Shown: positions 1 through 9,457 of the stretch, in pieces
How the letters are laid out: each line of letters begins with the position of its first letter
Position numbering within the stretch: position 1 is the stretch's first letter
Assembly: GCF_004353825.1 (NCBI RefSeq)
Contig: NZ_SMNA01000007.1
Span: 1-64,000 of the forward strand
Direction of reading: 5' to 3'
DNA: 64,000 nt
Source: Occultella glacieicola
GTDB taxonomy: Bacteria > Actinomycetota > Actinomycetes > Actinomycetales > Beutenbergiaceae
Notes under the pieces: model-generated
What the model was told of the DNA's origin: nothing
What the model saw: the letters and a program-made list of their open reading frames with translations, nothing else
Database searches by the model: none
Translations under genes and position numbers: made by a program

Positions 1-513
1 GTGGGACGGTTCGCTCAGGTGCTCGCGGAGGCAGGGCTCCGGCTGGCGGTCGTCGACGAGACGGGACGGGAGGTCGAGCCGGTCCCGACCCAGGAGGTCA
101 GGGACAACGGCGGCCGCCGGTTCCCGGCCCACCTGGACGTGTTCCCGCCGGATCAGGTGCCATCGCACCGGTCATCCCATCCGAGGTACGACCGGATGCC
201 GGCCAGGGCCTGGTACCACCACCGACAGATGCGGGACAGCTTTCGCGCGGTCCGCGCCGTCGACATCGATCACCCGACCGTGGTCGAACTCGGACAGCGT
301 CGCTGGGTGCTCATGTGCCGCCCGAGGCGGGCGCGCTCGATCCGGATGGCGGAACGGAGGCTGCGGGCCGCGGCCTACCTGGTGTGGTCGACCGGGACCT
401 GGGCCGCGATCCTGAGGCATCGGGAGGACCGGGAGCGTGCGTTCCGGCGGTCGCTCGGCCGTTCGGCGCTCGGATCCGCCGGCTCGATCCGAGGCGGCCC
501 GGACATCGCGTGA
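1..513 (+). CDS. 3' part of a probable HTH (XRE-like) domain protein, truncated by the window edge
   Basis: ORF open at base 1. The 'RDNGGRRFPAHLD' segment resembles the tail of actinobacterial HTH proteins (recalled, not searched). Confidence 0.35.
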   Translation: MGRFAQVLAEAGLRLAVVDETGREVEPVPTQEVRDNGGRRFPAHLDVFPPDQVPSHRSSHPRYDRMPARAWYHHRQMRDSFRAVRAVDIDHPTVVELGQRRWVLMCRPRRARSIRMAERRLRAAAYLVWSTGTWAAILRHREDRERAFRRSLGRSALGSAGSIRGGPDIA

Positions 514-633
514 CCTCACGCGGTCCGCAACGGCCCCGTAACCGCCCGCACGGCCGGCACGTCCCACATCGGTGGTCCGGTTGGCGGAACTGCATCGGCG
601 GTCCGCGTGTCGGACGCGGGCGAACGGACGGGC

Positions 634-1749
634 TCAGTCGCTCGGGACCGCCAATGGCTCGTGCGGCAACCCGTGCGCGTTGGCCACCGGTTCACTCGTG
701 AGCCGTCCGCGGGTGGTGCTGACCCCGGGCAGCAGTTCCGGGTGACGGCCCAGGGCGGATTCCCAGCCGTTCGCGGCGATCGCGGCCACGTACGGCAGCG
801 TCACGTTGGTGAGCGCGACCGTCGACGTGATCGGGACCGCACCGGGCATGTTCGCGACGCAGTAGAACGTCGAGTCGTGCACTCGGAAGGTCGGCTCGGC
901 ATACGTCGTGGGGCGGGTGCCTTCGAAGCACCCGCCCTGGTCGACGGCGATGTCCACCAGTACCGAGCCGGGATTCATCTGCGTCACCATCGCTTCGGTG
1001 ACGAGTTTCGGGGCTCGGGCACCGGGAACCAGGACGGCGCCGACGACCAGGTCGGCGGTGCGGGTCTCCTCGGCCACGGTGTAGGGGTTGGAACGCAGGG
1101 TGTGGACCCGAGGACCGAACCGGGCCTCGAGGGCACGAAGCCGCGGGACGGACACGTCGAGTACGGTCACGTCCGCCAGCATCCCGATCGCGACCTCCGC
1201 CGCGTGCTCGCCCGCGACCCCGCCGCCGATGATGACCACCTTCGCCCGCGGTGTGCCTGGGACCCCGCCCAGGAGCACCCCGCGGCCGCCCTCGTCCTTC
1301 ATCAGTTGGTACGCGCCGACCTGCACGGACAACCTGCCGGCCACCTCGCTCATCGGGGCCAGCAGAGGCAGCGAGCGATCCGGCAACTGCACGGTCTCGT
1401 AGGCGATCGCAGTAGTGCCGGCGCCGAGCAGGGCGCGGGTGAGTGCCTCGTCCGCGGCCAGGTGCAGATACGTGAACAGCACGAGGTCCCGGCGCAGCAG
1501 CGGGTACTCGGAAGCGACGGGCTCCTTCACCTTCAGAAGGAGTTCGGACCACCCCCAGACGTCGGCCGCCGCGGGTGCGATCCAGGCACCGACGTCGGCG
1601 TAGGCGTCGTCCGGGAAGGCCGAGCCGATGCCCGCGCCCTGCTGGACCGCCACCTCGTGGCCCGCGAGGATCAGCTCATGGGCACCCGCCGGGGTGAGTG
1701 CGACCCGGAACTCGGAGTTCTTGACCTCCGTGACCACGCCGATCCGCAT
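634..1749 (-). CDS. ald: Alanine dehydrogenase
   Basis: MRIGV-EVKNSEFRVALTP, FTYLHLAA, LLAPMSEVAGR, GGGVAG, DIAVDQGGCFE and YCVANMPGAVP motifs. Confidence 0.97.
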   Translation of the reverse strand: MRIGVVTEVKNSEFRVALTPAGAHELILAGHEVAVQQGAGIGSAFPDDAYADVGAWIAPAAADVWGWSELLLKVKEPVASEYPLLRRDLVLFTYLHLAADEALTRALLGAGTTAIAYETVQLPDRSLPLLAPMSEVAGRLSVQVGAYQLMKDEGGRGVLLGGVPGTPRAKVVIIGGGVAGEHAAEVAIGMLADVTVLDVSVPRLRALEARFGPRVHTLRSNPYTVAEETRTADLVVGAVLVPGARAPKLVTEAMVTQMNPGSVLVDIAVDQGGCFEGTRPTTYAEPTFRVHDSTFYCVANMPGAVPITSTVALTNVTLPYVAAIAANGWESALGRHPELLPGVSTTRGRLTSEPVANAHGLPHEPLAVPSD

Positions 1750-1822
1750 CCTTGCTCCTTCCCGTCGTCCGGCACCAGCCTCCCCTGTTCTTCGCGGGCG
1801 CGCTACCGAGCATCCTCCACGG

Positions 1823-1852
1823 TTGGCGCTAGATACCCCCTAGGGGTATGAT
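1823..1852 (+). promoter_or_regulatory. Promoter with CsoR/RicR-type copper operator
   Basis: Palindrome ATACCCC-CTA-GGGGTAT (1833-1849) lies between TTGGCG (-35) and TATGAT (-10, which it overlaps), upstream of the Cu ATPase operon. Confidence 0.85.
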
Positions 1853-1878
1853 CTGAGCATGCCTCGGGGAGGAATGTC

Positions 1879-2907
1879 ATGCGAGTGCCCGTGAAGTTGT
1901 CGATCTTCGCAGCCGGACTGGTCGTGCTGTTCGGAGGTGCGTTCGCCATCGGGTCCGTCTCCGGCTTCCCGGTCGCGGAGGATCAGCCGTCGGCCCACGA
2001 GCCCGGCGGGGGCGACAGGGGCGACGAAGATGTCGAGCACGAAGAGGATGGTCAGCAGGAGGCCGGGCACGGAGAGGACGGTCAGCAAGAGGCAGGACAC
2101 GACGGTTCCGGGCAGGAGGCCGGACACGGCGGGTCCGAACCGGGAGCCGGGCACGACGCACCCGCGGAGACGCCGGGCGGTGTTCTCATGGCCGAGGGCG
2201 GGTACCGGCTCGACTCGTTGTCCGTTCCGGACACCACCGGCGAGGTCGGCTCGCTGACCTTCCGCGTGCTCGACGCCCACGGGGACCCCGTCACCGAGTA
2301 CACAGCCCAGCACGAGCGCGATCTGCACCTGATCGTCGTCTCCCAGGACACCAACGAGTTCCGTCACGTCCACCCGACCCTCGGTGCGGACGGCACCTGG
2401 AGCATCGACTGGACCTGGAACGCAGCGGGAAGTTACCGCGTCTACGCCGACTTCCTCCCGGCGGCGGCCGAGGCAGGGCTGACCCTCGCCCAGGACGTCA
2501 CCGTGCCGGGTGCCGTGACCGTCGAGCCGCTCCCAGAACCGAGCCACACCGACACCGTCGACGCCCCCACGGCCCGCTCCTCCACCGGTGCCCCCTACAC
2601 GGTCACCCTCACGGGGCACCTGACCACCGACGGTGGCCCGCTCACCTTCGAGATCGCGCAGGACGGGCGGCCGGTCACGGACCTGGACCCCTATCTCGGC
2701 GCGTACGGTCACCTCGTCGCCCTCCGGGTCGGGGACCTGGCCTACCTGCACACCCATCCCGAGGGTGAGATGGACGAGAACGAGCCCGGTCCGGCGGTCG
2801 AGTTCGTGAGCACCGCCCCCAGCCCCGGCACCTACCGGCTGTTCCTCGACTTCTCCCACGACGGTGTCGTCCATACCGCCGACTTCACCGTGGAGGTGAC
2901 AGAGTGA
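1879..2907 (+). CDS. Exported His-rich heavy-metal-associated protein
   Basis: N-terminal TM segment, His/acidic repeats, HLIVV-HVHP and [13 protein letters not shown] motifs; stop overlaps the ATPase start. Confidence 0.75.
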   Translation: MRVPVKLSIFAAGLVVLFGGAFAIGSVSGFPVAEDQPSAHEPGGGDRGDEDVEHEEDGQQEAGHGEDGQQEAGHDGSGQEAGHGGSEPGAGHDAPAETPGGVLMAEGGYRLDSLSVPDTTGEVGSLTFRVLDAHGDPVTEYTAQHERDLHLIVVSQDTNEFRHVHPTLGADGTWSIDWTWNAAGSYRVYADFLPAAAEAGLTLAQDVTVPGAVTVEPLPEPSHTDTVDAPTARSSTGAPYTVTLTGHLTTDGGPLTFEIAQDGRPVTDLDPYLGAYGHLVALRVGDLAYLHTHPEGEMDENEPGPAVEFVSTAPSPGTYRLFLDFSHDGVVHTADFTVEVTE

Positions 2908-5180
2908 CCCACGTCGGCGCACCCGGCACCACGGCCGGATCGGACCTGCAGCGGATCGAACTCGGCATCGGGGGGATGACCTGCGCGTCCTGCGCTGCCC
3001 GCGTCGAGAAGCGCCTGAACAAACTCGAGGGTGCCACCGCCACGGTGAACTACGCGACCGAGAAGGCGCGCGTCTTCGTGCCGCCCACGATCAGCACGGC
3101 CGAGCTCATCGAGGCCGTGGAGAAGGCCGGGTACACCGCGCACGAACTGAACGTCTCGGCACCCGCCGCGGGTGACGCCGTCGACCCCGCGGACGCCGAG
3201 CGGGAGCGGGAGCTGCGGATCCTGCGGAACCGAGTGATCGTCTCCGCGGCACTGAGTCTGCCCGTGATCGTGCTCGCCATGGTTCCGGCCTGGCAGTTCA
3301 CCTACTGGCAGTGGGCCTCGCTGGTGCTGGCCGCGCCGGTCGTGGTCTGGGGCGCCTGGCCGTTCCACCGGGCCGCCTGGGTCAATCTTCGCCACGGCGC
3401 CGCCACGATGGACACGCTGATCTCGATGGGCACGCTCGCCGCGTTCGGCTGGTCCCTGTACGCCCTGTTCCTCGGGACGGCCGGCATGCCCGGCATGACC
3501 CACGAGTTCGAGCTCACGATCGCCCGCGGCGACGGCGCAGCGAACATCTACCTCGAGGTCGCTGCCGGCGTCACCACGTTCGTGCTCGCCGGGCGCTACT
3601 TCGAGCTGCGGGCCCGCCGTCGCGCCGGCGACGCACTCCGCGCGCTCCTCGATCTCGGCGCAAAGGAGGTCACCCTCCTCCAGGGTGGTGTGGAGCTGCG
3701 GGTGCCGGCCGACGACCTCCGGGTCGGCGACGAGTTCGTGGTCCGTCCGGGTGAGAAGATCGCGACCGACGGCGTCGTGATCGGCGGGCGCTCCGCCGTC
3801 GACAACTCCATGCTCACCGGTGAGTCCGTGCCCGTTGAGGTGGCCGAGGGCGACGACGTCGCCGGGGCCACGATCAACGCCGGCGGGCGGCTGGTGGTCC
3901 GCGCGACGCGGGTCGGCTCGGACACGCAGCTCGCGCAGATGGCCGCACTCGTCGAGGACGCCCAGAACGGCAAGGCGCAGGTGCAACGGCTCGCCGACCG
4001 GATCTCCGGGGTCTTCGTGCCCGTCGTGCTGGCGATCGCCGTCGTCACCCTCGGCTTCTGGCTCGGCACCGGCAATCCGGCACAGGTCGCGTTCACCGCC
4101 GCGGTGGCCGTGTTGATCATCGCCTGCCCGTGCGCGCTCGGCCTCGCCACTCCGACCGCCCTGCTCGTCGGGACCGGCCGGGGGGCCCAACTCGGAATCC
4201 TGATCAAGGGACCCGAGGTCCTCGAGTCGACGCGACGGATCGACACGGTCGTCCTCGATAAGACCGGCACCGTCACGACCGGCCGGATGACCCTGTTGGA
4301 GGTGGTCCCGGCCGCCGGTGAGAACGCCGAAGACGTGCTGCGTCGGGCCGGTGCCGTTGAGCACGCCTCCGAGCACCCGATCGCCCGTGCCGTGGCGCGC
4401 GCCGCCGCGCAGGCCGGCGCGCTGCCCGACGCGCACGCGTTCGAGAACCTCGAAGGCCGGGGCGTGCGGGCCACCGTCGACGCCACTCAGGTGTGCGTGG
4501 GTCGCCCCGGCTGGGTCGGCGACGAGTTCGGAGCGCTGCCCGCCGAACTGACCGTAGCCATCGACGCCGCACACGATGCGGGCCGGACGGCCGTTGTCGC
4601 CGCCTGGGCGGGACGGCCCCGCGGCGTCGTCGTGGTCGGCGACACGGTCAAGGACACCTCCGCGGAGGCGATCGGGCTGCTGAGGCGGCTTGGTCTCACG
4701 CCGGTGCTGCTCACCGGGGACAACCAGCAGGCCGCCGAGCAGATCGCGGCGCAGGTGGGCATCGACCGGGTGATCGCCGAAGTGCTGCCCGCGGACAAGG
4801 TCGACGTGGTCACCTCGCTGCGGGCCGAGGGCAAGGTGGTGGCGATGGTCGGGGACGGCGTCAACGACGCCGCGGCGCTCGCCGCCGCCGACCTCGGGAT
4901 GGCGATGGGCACAGGCACGGACGTGGCGATCGAGGCGAGCGAGATCACGCTCGTGCGCGGCGACCTACGGGCTGCAGCGGACGCCGTCGCCCTGTCCCGC
5001 CGGACCCTGCTCACGATCAAGGGCAACCTGTTCTGGGCGTTCGGGTACAACGTGGCCGCGATTCCCCTCGCCGCGGCCGGGCTGCTGAACCCGATGCTGG
5101 CCGGTGCCGCGATGGCGTTCTCGTCGGTGTTCGTCGTCGGCAACAGTCTGCGGCTGCGGCGGTTCCGCTCGCTCGGCTGA
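2904..5180 (+). CDS. copA: Copper-translocating P1B-type ATPase
   Basis: GMTCASC HMA domain, TGES, CPCALG, DKTGT, SEHP, GDGVND, YN and MAFSS motifs. Confidence 0.93.
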   Translation: MTHVGAPGTTAGSDLQRIELGIGGMTCASCAARVEKRLNKLEGATATVNYATEKARVFVPPTISTAELIEAVEKAGYTAHELNVSAPAAGDAVDPADAERERELRILRNRVIVSAALSLPVIVLAMVPAWQFTYWQWASLVLAAPVVVWGAWPFHRAAWVNLRHGAATMDTLISMGTLAAFGWSLYALFLGTAGMPGMTHEFELTIARGDGAANIYLEVAAGVTTFVLAGRYFELRARRRAGDALRALLDLGAKEVTLLQGGVELRVPADDLRVGDEFVVRPGEKIATDGVVIGGRSAVDNSMLTGESVPVEVAEGDDVAGATINAGGRLVVRATRVGSDTQLAQMAALVEDAQNGKAQVQRLADRISGVFVPVVLAIAVVTLGFWLGTGNPAQVAFTAAVAVLIIACPCALGLATPTALLVGTGRGAQLGILIKGPEVLESTRRIDTVVLDKTGTVTTGRMTLLEVVPAAGENAEDVLRRAGAVEHASEHPIARAVARAAAQAGALPDAHAFENLEGRGVRATVDATQVCVGRPGWVGDEFGALPAELTVAIDAAHDAGRTAVVAAWAGRPRGVVVVGDTVKDTSAEAIGLLRRLGLTPVLLTGDNQQAAEQIAAQVGIDRVIAEVLPADKVDVVTSLRAEGKVVAMVGDGVNDAAALAAADLGMAMGTGTDVAIEASEITLVRGDLRAAADAVALSRRTLLTIKGNLFWAFGYNVAAIPLAAAGLLNPMLAGAAMAFSSVFVVGNSLRLRRFRSLG

Positions 5181-5193
5181 GCCGTGCGCGAGC

Positions 5194-6126
5194 TCAGTGG
5201 CGCAGGTCCGCCAGTACCTGCGCGAGTTCGCACGGACCGATCTCATTGACCGAGCGGACCGTGGCCACGCAGTCGGGCGGCAGCACGGAGCGTCCGTTGA
5301 TCGCGCCGGCCATCGCCGTGGCGAGCGCGCCGATCGCGGTGCTGGAGCCGCCCAGGTTCGCGGCCAGCGTGGCGACCCGGAACGGGATGCCCTCGCCGCG
5401 CACGAGGAGGCCGACCGCGGCCGGGACCACCTCGGTGGCCGCCGGGGTGGTGCCGATGACGTCGTAGAGGTGTTGCAGGAAGCTCGCGTCGCTCTCGGCG
5501 TTCATGGCGATCTCCCGGGCCAGCAGGGACCGCTGGATCACCGACGGCGCGGCCACCGGAGCTCCATGCGTGAACCCGACCTCCGCGGCCCGGAATCCGA
5601 TCTCCAGGTGAGCCGGGATGAACACCGCTCCGGTGGCACCGGCGGGTGCGTCCAGCGCGGACGTGATCACGCCGGTGACCAGCGCGGCCGCGGCGACCGT
5701 TGCGTTCGAGAGGTGATGCCCTCCGGCGGTGACCAGGATGTCCTCGACCAGGGCGTCGAGATCGAGTCCGGTGTGCACGATCCCCAACGGGACGAACCGG
5801 GAGATGTGTACCGGGCGGCGGGGCCGGTCGCCCGCCGCGTCCATCCGTTCGGCGACCGCTTCCGGCGTGGCTCGGCCCGCGCCGTCGCGCAGTGCCTCGG
5901 CGACCGCGATCGCCTCCAGGGTGCCAGCGCTCACGTGCCCGGCCCGTCGGGTCCGGTCACCGGTGCGGGCCGGAAGGAGCTGGTCGATCCAGCCGTAGTG
6001 GGTCCGCAGCCGCGAGTGCGGCCAACGGTCACCGGGCAGGCCCATGGCGTCACCGACGGCCAGGCCGGTGAGCGCGCCCCTGGCGCGATCCATGAGGAGG
6101 TCACGCGCCTGCAGCGTCGACGTCAC
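5194..6126 (-). CDS. ADP-ribosylglycohydrolase-family protein with degenerate metal motifs
   Basis: RARGAL-GLAVGDAMGLP start; TDD and DTDT positions are replaced by SAG and SSTA. Confidence 0.8.
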   Translation of the reverse strand: MTSTLQARDLLMDRARGALTGLAVGDAMGLPGDRWPHSRLRTHYGWIDQLLPARTGDRTRRAGHVSAGTLEAIAVAEALRDGAGRATPEAVAERMDAAGDRPRRPVHISRFVPLGIVHTGLDLDALVEDILVTAGGHHLSNATVAAAALVTGVITSALDAPAGATGAVFIPAHLEIGFRAAEVGFTHGAPVAAPSVIQRSLLAREIAMNAESDASFLQHLYDVIGTTPAATEVVPAAVGLLVRGEGIPFRVATLAANLGGSSTAIGALATAMAGAINGRSVLPPDCVATVRSVNEIGPCELAQVLADLRH

Positions 6127-6270
6127 AGCGATCCTTCCGACAGTGGCGACCCTGCCCTGGCTGCATTGGGGGAATGAGATCGCGGCCGATCGACGAGTGC
6201 CTGGTGGACATCGTAAGCGTGATCGCGCCGGGCCGTGGATCGATCCGTGGGTGGACTCCGCGGAACCGAT

Positions 6271-7275
6271 TCAGCGGCGATCCACCGGTCCGGAATCGGA
6301 GCGGATCGACGGCACCCGGACCCGCAGGGCGCCCGGCATCACCACGACGCGCAGTGCCACCACCTTGCCGAGGTACTCGCCGTCGATCTGGAAGTCCTCG
6401 CCGTGCCGCACGGTCAGACGCACCTCCTGGGTCCGTGCCATCAACACCGATTCACCACGGGGGACGTCGCTGCGGTGTCCGTTCGTGCGCCGGATCCGTT
6501 GGACGAGACCGTTCTCCGTGAAGAACCACCTCGCCAGGTCGCGCCACCCGCTGGCGCCCTCGGGCCGCAGCAGCAGCACGTCCAGCTCGCCGTCGTCGAT
6601 CACCGCGTCCGGAAGCAGGGTGAGCCCGGCCGGCAGCGACCCGCCGTTGCCGATCGCGAACGTGTGGGCGCGCACGGCCCGGGGCTCGGCGCGATCCAGG
6701 CTGTAGGTGAGCTCGAACCGGTCCGACCGGGTGACGCCGCGGCGCACCCCGTCCACGTAGGCGAGCCACCCGAACTGCCGCTTCATCGCCATCGACGTGT
6801 GCACCACCATCTGGGCGTCGACGCCGAACCCGGCGAGTACCACGAACACCTTCCGGAGCCGGCGGCCATCGGTGAGGTCCGCCGTCAACCTTCCGACGTC
6901 GACGGCTCGCTCCACGGTACCGAACGCGGCGCGGAGGGCGGCGCCCGGGTCGAGCATGCTCAGCCCGAGGTTCCGCGCGGCCAGGTTCGTGGTGCCGACC
7001 GGCCACAGCCCGAGCGGAAGCGACTGTCCGATCACCGCCTCCACGGTGGCGCGGACCGTCCCGTCGCCGCCGACGGCGATGACGACGTCGGCGGGCTCGG
7101 CCAGGATCCGCTCCCGCAGCGAGTCGGTGCTCTCCTCCGGTGCGGTGGCCACGAGCCGGCTGGCGGCCCACCCCGCGCGCGACTCCTCCCGGGCCAGGGC
7201 CCGAGCCAGCCGGGCCGGGCTCATCTTCAGCGGGTTGTGCACGACGACGGCACGCGACTCGCTCACGCCGCCCAC
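6271..7275 (-). CDS. Diacylglycerol/lipid kinase family protein (YegS/BmrU-like)
   Basis: NP, GGDGT, PVGTTNLAARNL, GFGVDA, DDGELD and QIDGE motifs. Confidence 0.9.
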   Translation of the reverse strand: MGGVSESRAVVVHNPLKMSPARLARALAREESRAGWAASRLVATAPEESTDSLRERILAEPADVVIAVGGDGTVRATVEAVIGQSLPLGLWPVGTTNLAARNLGLSMLDPGAALRAAFGTVERAVDVGRLTADLTDGRRLRKVFVVLAGFGVDAQMVVHTSMAMKRQFGWLAYVDGVRRGVTRSDRFELTYSLDRAEPRAVRAHTFAIGNGGSLPAGLTLLPDAVIDDGELDVLLLRPEGASGWRDLARWFFTENGLVQRIRRTNGHRSDVPRGESVLMARTQEVRLTVRHGEDFQIDGEYLGKVVALRVVVMPGALRVRVPSIRSDSGPVDRR

Positions 7276-7330
7276 CTCCCTCTGCCGCCCGGTGTGCTCA
7301 GATTACGTGGGCACCGGCACACTGGTGACC

Positions 7331-7762
7331 ATGGCGAGCGTGGCGGGACTTCGGGTCGGTCCGACCCTGACCGTCCCCGAGAGTGAGCTCTCGTGGCGGT
7401 TCTCGCGGTCCTCCGGGCCCGGCGGCCAGGGTGTCAACACGGCCGACTCCCGGGCGGAGCTGAGTTGGGACGTGGCCGCCTCGACGGCGGTCACCGACCA
7501 CCAGCGTGATCGGATCATGAGCCGCCTGGCGTCGCGGATCACCGGTGGGGTCCTGACCATCGCCGCGTCCGAGTACCGCGCGCAGCTGCGCAACCGCGAC
7601 GCCGCCCGGGCCCGGATGGCGGCGCTGCTGATGGATGCCCTGGCCCCGCCGCCCCGGTCCCGACGGGCCACCAGGCCCACGCGTGGTTCCAAGGAACGCC
7701 GGCTGGCCGCGAAGAAGCAGCACGGGCAGACGAAGGCGCTGCGCCGCCGCCCCGCGGACTAG
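7331..7762 (+). CDS. arfB: Alternative ribosome-rescue peptidyl-tRNA hydrolase ArfB
   Basis: RSSGPGGQGVN, QLRNR and basic tail RPTRGSKERRL. Confidence 0.93.
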   Translation: MASVAGLRVGPTLTVPESELSWRFSRSSGPGGQGVNTADSRAELSWDVAASTAVTDHQRDRIMSRLASRITGGVLTIAASEYRAQLRNRDAARARMAALLMDALAPPPRSRRATRPTRGSKERRLAAKKQHGQTKALRRRPAD

Positions 7763-7788
7763 GGGCCCGGTCGACGTTCGCACCGTGA

Positions 7789-7809
7789 TGTAAGCGGCGT
7801 GTAAGCGGC
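7789..7809 (+). promoter_or_regulatory. Direct repeat TGTAAGCGGC x2 with 11-bp period, probable SARP binding site
   Basis: Copies at 7789-7798 and 7800-7809, 7 nt before a candidate -10 (GACCGT) and ATG 7829. Confidence 0.6.
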
Positions 7810-7828
7810 TGCGGCGACCGTGGTCACC

Positions 7829-9457
7829 ATGTCACAGGGAACGAGCGCGGCCACGCCCGCGCTGAGCGCAGTCCGCACCGGCGTGATCTGCCTGGCGCTG
7901 CTGCTGGAGGGGATGAGCTCGTCGAGCATCAACGTGCAGATCCACGCCATGGCGACGGATCTCGGCCTCGGGGGAGCCGAGGTGCCGATCGCGGTCGGGG
8001 CGTTCCTCCTGGCCTACGCGGGATGCCTCCCGGTGGCCGGACGTGTCGCCGACGTCTGGAGCCGCCGGGAGGTGTTTCGGCTCGGAGTGGCGCTCTTCGG
8101 CGCGGGCTGCCTTGTCTGCGCGCTCGCGCAGGGCCCGGGCCTGATCGTCGCCGGCCGGTTCGTCCAGGGAGCGGGAGCGGCCCTGAGCGCCCCGGCTGCC
8201 CTTGCCCTGATCACGGCCGGCCTGGGGGAGGGTCCGGCCCGCAACCGCGCCGTAGCGATCTACGGCGCGATGGGCGCGGCCGGGTTCTCGCTCGGCCTGG
8301 TACTGCCGGGTTTCGTGGTCGCGCAGGTCGGGTGGCGGTGGAGTTTCGTGCTGCTCGTCCCGATCGTGGCCGCCGTACTGGCCGTGACCGCGCGGCTGCA
8401 CACGAACCTGCCCTCGGGCGGCCGGTTGGACGTGCGCGGCGCACTCGGCCTGACCGGGGTCCTCATGCTCGTCATGCACGCGCTCGGTGGAATCGGGAGC
8501 ACCGGCGCCGGGACCCTCGCGATCGAGCTCGGCCTTGCCGGGGCGCTGGTCGCGTGGCTGATCCGGCGTGGCGGCGTCGGTGACTACCCGACGGCGGTGC
8601 TCGCCTCCGCGCCGATCCGTGCCGCCTGCCTCGGGCTGGCCGGGGTCTACGCGGCGGTGCTGTCCTCGATGCTCGCGCTGAGCCTCGGGCTGCAGGGCCA
8701 GGGTGACCTCGACGCGTTCGCGCTCGGCCTGCTGATCCTGCCGCAACCGGTCGCGTTCACCCTGACCGCGGGTCTCGGCTCCCGGCTGGTCTCCCGGCTC
8801 GGACCGGCGCGGGTCATGGCTGCCGGCGCGCTGGTGCTCGCCGCGAGCCTGGGGTACCTGGTGGTGGTCGGGGCCCAGCAGCCGTGGACGGCGACCATGC
8901 TGCCCGCCATGGCGGGCGTCGGGATAGCGCTCGGGCTGGCGTTCCCGGCCGCGTCGATCGCCGTGGTCGACGCCGCCGCGGAGGGGGACCGGGGCACGGC
9001 CTCGAGCCTGCTCACCACCGCGCAGAACGTGGGGGGCGCGCTGGGGGTGTCGGCCCTGACGGCGTTGGCGCTGTTGCCGAGTACCGAGAGCGAGGGCGGC
9101 AGTGCCGCCGAGGCCGCGGTGCTGGCCGAGGGGGAACCCGTGGTGGGCACCGCCCTGGTCGCCGGGATCGCGATGCTGGCGGTGGCGTTCGTCCTCGCCG
9201 GCGCTGCCCTGGTCCGGCCGGCCTGGGTGGCGCGGGCGGGAGGGATGCACGGGCGACGGGCGCATGGGCGACGGATGCACGGGCGACGGCCGCTCGCACG
9301 ACGGGCGCTCGCGTCGGGCCGTCGCGGAGCGGCACCGCCGCCCGCGAGTGCCGACGTGGTCGGTACGAGGGTGGCACGTCTGGGTCCGACGGGCGACTGG
9401 GTCGCAGAGCCGACCGGCGCGCCGGCGCCGACGACGCGGGCCGGTGGCCGGAGATGA
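7829..9457 (+). CDS. MFS transporter (DHA2-like)
   Basis: Many TM segments; GRVADVWSRR motif A; GRFVQGAGAA; low-complexity C-terminal tail. Confidence 0.88.
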   Translation: MSQGTSAATPALSAVRTGVICLALLLEGMSSSSINVQIHAMATDLGLGGAEVPIAVGAFLLAYAGCLPVAGRVADVWSRREVFRLGVALFGAGCLVCALAQGPGLIVAGRFVQGAGAALSAPAALALITAGLGEGPARNRAVAIYGAMGAAGFSLGLVLPGFVVAQVGWRWSFVLLVPIVAAVLAVTARLHTNLPSGGRLDVRGALGLTGVLMLVMHALGGIGSTGAGTLAIELGLAGALVAWLIRRGGVGDYPTAVLASAPIRAACLGLAGVYAAVLSSMLALSLGLQGQGDLDAFALGLLILPQPVAFTLTAGLGSRLVSRLGPARVMAAGALVLAASLGYLVVVGAQQPWTATMLPAMAGVGIALGLAFPAASIAVVDAAAEGDRGTASSLLTTAQNVGGALGVSALTALALLPSTESEGGSAAEAAVLAEGEPVVGTALVAGIAMLAVAFVLAGAALVRPAWVARAGGMHGRRAHGRRMHGRRPLARRALASGRRGAAPPPASADVVGTRVARLGPTGDWVAEPTGAPAPTTRAGGRR

